NCBI RefSeq assembly: GCF_028641065.1
Contig: NC_073401.1
Location: 23,126,001-23,190,000, forward strand
Direction of reading: 5' to 3'
DNA from: Leucoraja erinacea
Lineage: Eukaryota
DNA length: 64,000 nt
The translations under genes were made by a program, and so were the position numbers. Shown here piece by piece: positions 63,243 to 64,000 of this stretch. The notes under the pieces were generated by a model. That model ran no database searches and was not told where the DNA came from. It was given only the letters and a program-made list of their open reading frames with translations. Every line of letters begins with the position of its first letter. The stretch's first letter is position 1.

Positions 63243-63489
63243 GGGTCTGTGGACATGAAGGTGGCGGAAAAAGTATTAAAAGGGTAAGAATATATTGCAC
63301 ATTAGCTTCACACGTGCTCACTGACTTGTTTTCTTATCAAATCTCACTAGGGCATCACTTCAATGTAAATTACTCAATTACAACCAAAATCATATAAAGT
63401 TAAGGGAGTTATTGCAAAATTTAGAGCAGAGTTTGCCCATTATGTAGGTATGTTGAATACAGTGCCTCACACATATTGTAAATCTCCGA

Positions 63490-63725
63490 GGATAGACACA
63501 AAATGCTGGAGTAACTCAGTGGGACAGATAGCATCTCTGGAGAGAGGGAATGGGTGACGTTTCGGTTCGAGACCCTTCTTCAGATTGAGAGTCTGAAGTC
63601 TGAAGAAGGGTCTCGACCCACAACGTCACCCATTCTTTCTCTCCAGATATGCTGCCTTTCCTGCTGAGTTTCTCCAGCATTTTGTATCTATCTTGGGTTT
63701 AAACCAGAATCTGCAGTTCCTTCCT
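63490..63725. mobile_element. Fold-back Penelope-like terminal repeat with hammerhead cores on both strands
   Basis: ~95-bp inverted arms; flanking duplication ACACATATTGTAA(A/G)TCTC(C/T)GA at 63469-89 and 63726-46. Confidence 0.85.
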
Positions 63726-63771
63726 ACACATATTGTAAGTCTCTGATTAGTGTCTTGCATGAAAAAAATAC

Positions 63772-63916
63772 CTCAAGCAATTCTGGTGAACTATTTTTTA
63801 CAAATTTAAAATGATCTGAGCCGTTCTTAAAAAGGTCAGGGGGGGTTAAGCGCAGTAATTTCGTAATGGAATTTAGAGTGGTGTCAAAGCTGGGGTTTCC
63901 AGGATGTTTCTGTAAT
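63772..63916 (-). other. Candidate 5' UTR exon of the PRR11-like gene
   Basis: TTTTTGTCTTCAG| ... GAG|GTATTT; 145 nt with no ATG and a stop in frame with the downstream ATG. Confidence 0.45.
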
Positions 63917-64000
63917 CTGAAGACAAAAATCATTTTGGAAGAAAACTTAAAACAGAGCACAATCACCAAATGATTATCCTCTGGAGAAAATAATAAAAGA

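Overview
Eukaryotic, repeat-rich vertebrate DNA. The repeat complement (CR1 LINEs, HE1/V-SINE-type tRNA SINEs, Penelope-like fold-back ends, Rex/Babar LINEs) points to a cartilaginous fish, probably a skate or ray; this is an inference. Host genes, left to right: (1) first coding exon and CpG-island promoter of paxillin (PXN, minus strand, ATG-GAC-GAC-TTG-G|GTAAGA; the rest runs off the left edge); (2) a decayed linker-histone H1-like pseudogene; (3) complete CTU1 (minus, 341 aa) head-to-head with complete SIRT4 (plus, 315 aa) on one CpG island carrying a full ACTACA+ZNF143 motif; (4) a six-coding-exon, 326-aa proline-rich gene (minus) resembling PRR11, reconstructed here from splice phases. 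Mobile DNA includes a full-length Passport-like Tc1 element, a 4.2-kb atypical hAT element with a 6-bp TSD, and many LINE/SINE/Penelope fragments with minimal hammerhead cores. The most notable observation is two copies of a ~130-nt retroposon whose first 54 nt fold into a complete minimal HDV-like double-pseudoknot ribozyme, followed by a Vingi/ingi-like 3' tail and flanked by TSDs. Repeat boundaries are approximate unless TSDs or TIRs are quoted; all alignments were done by eye or from memory of the families.
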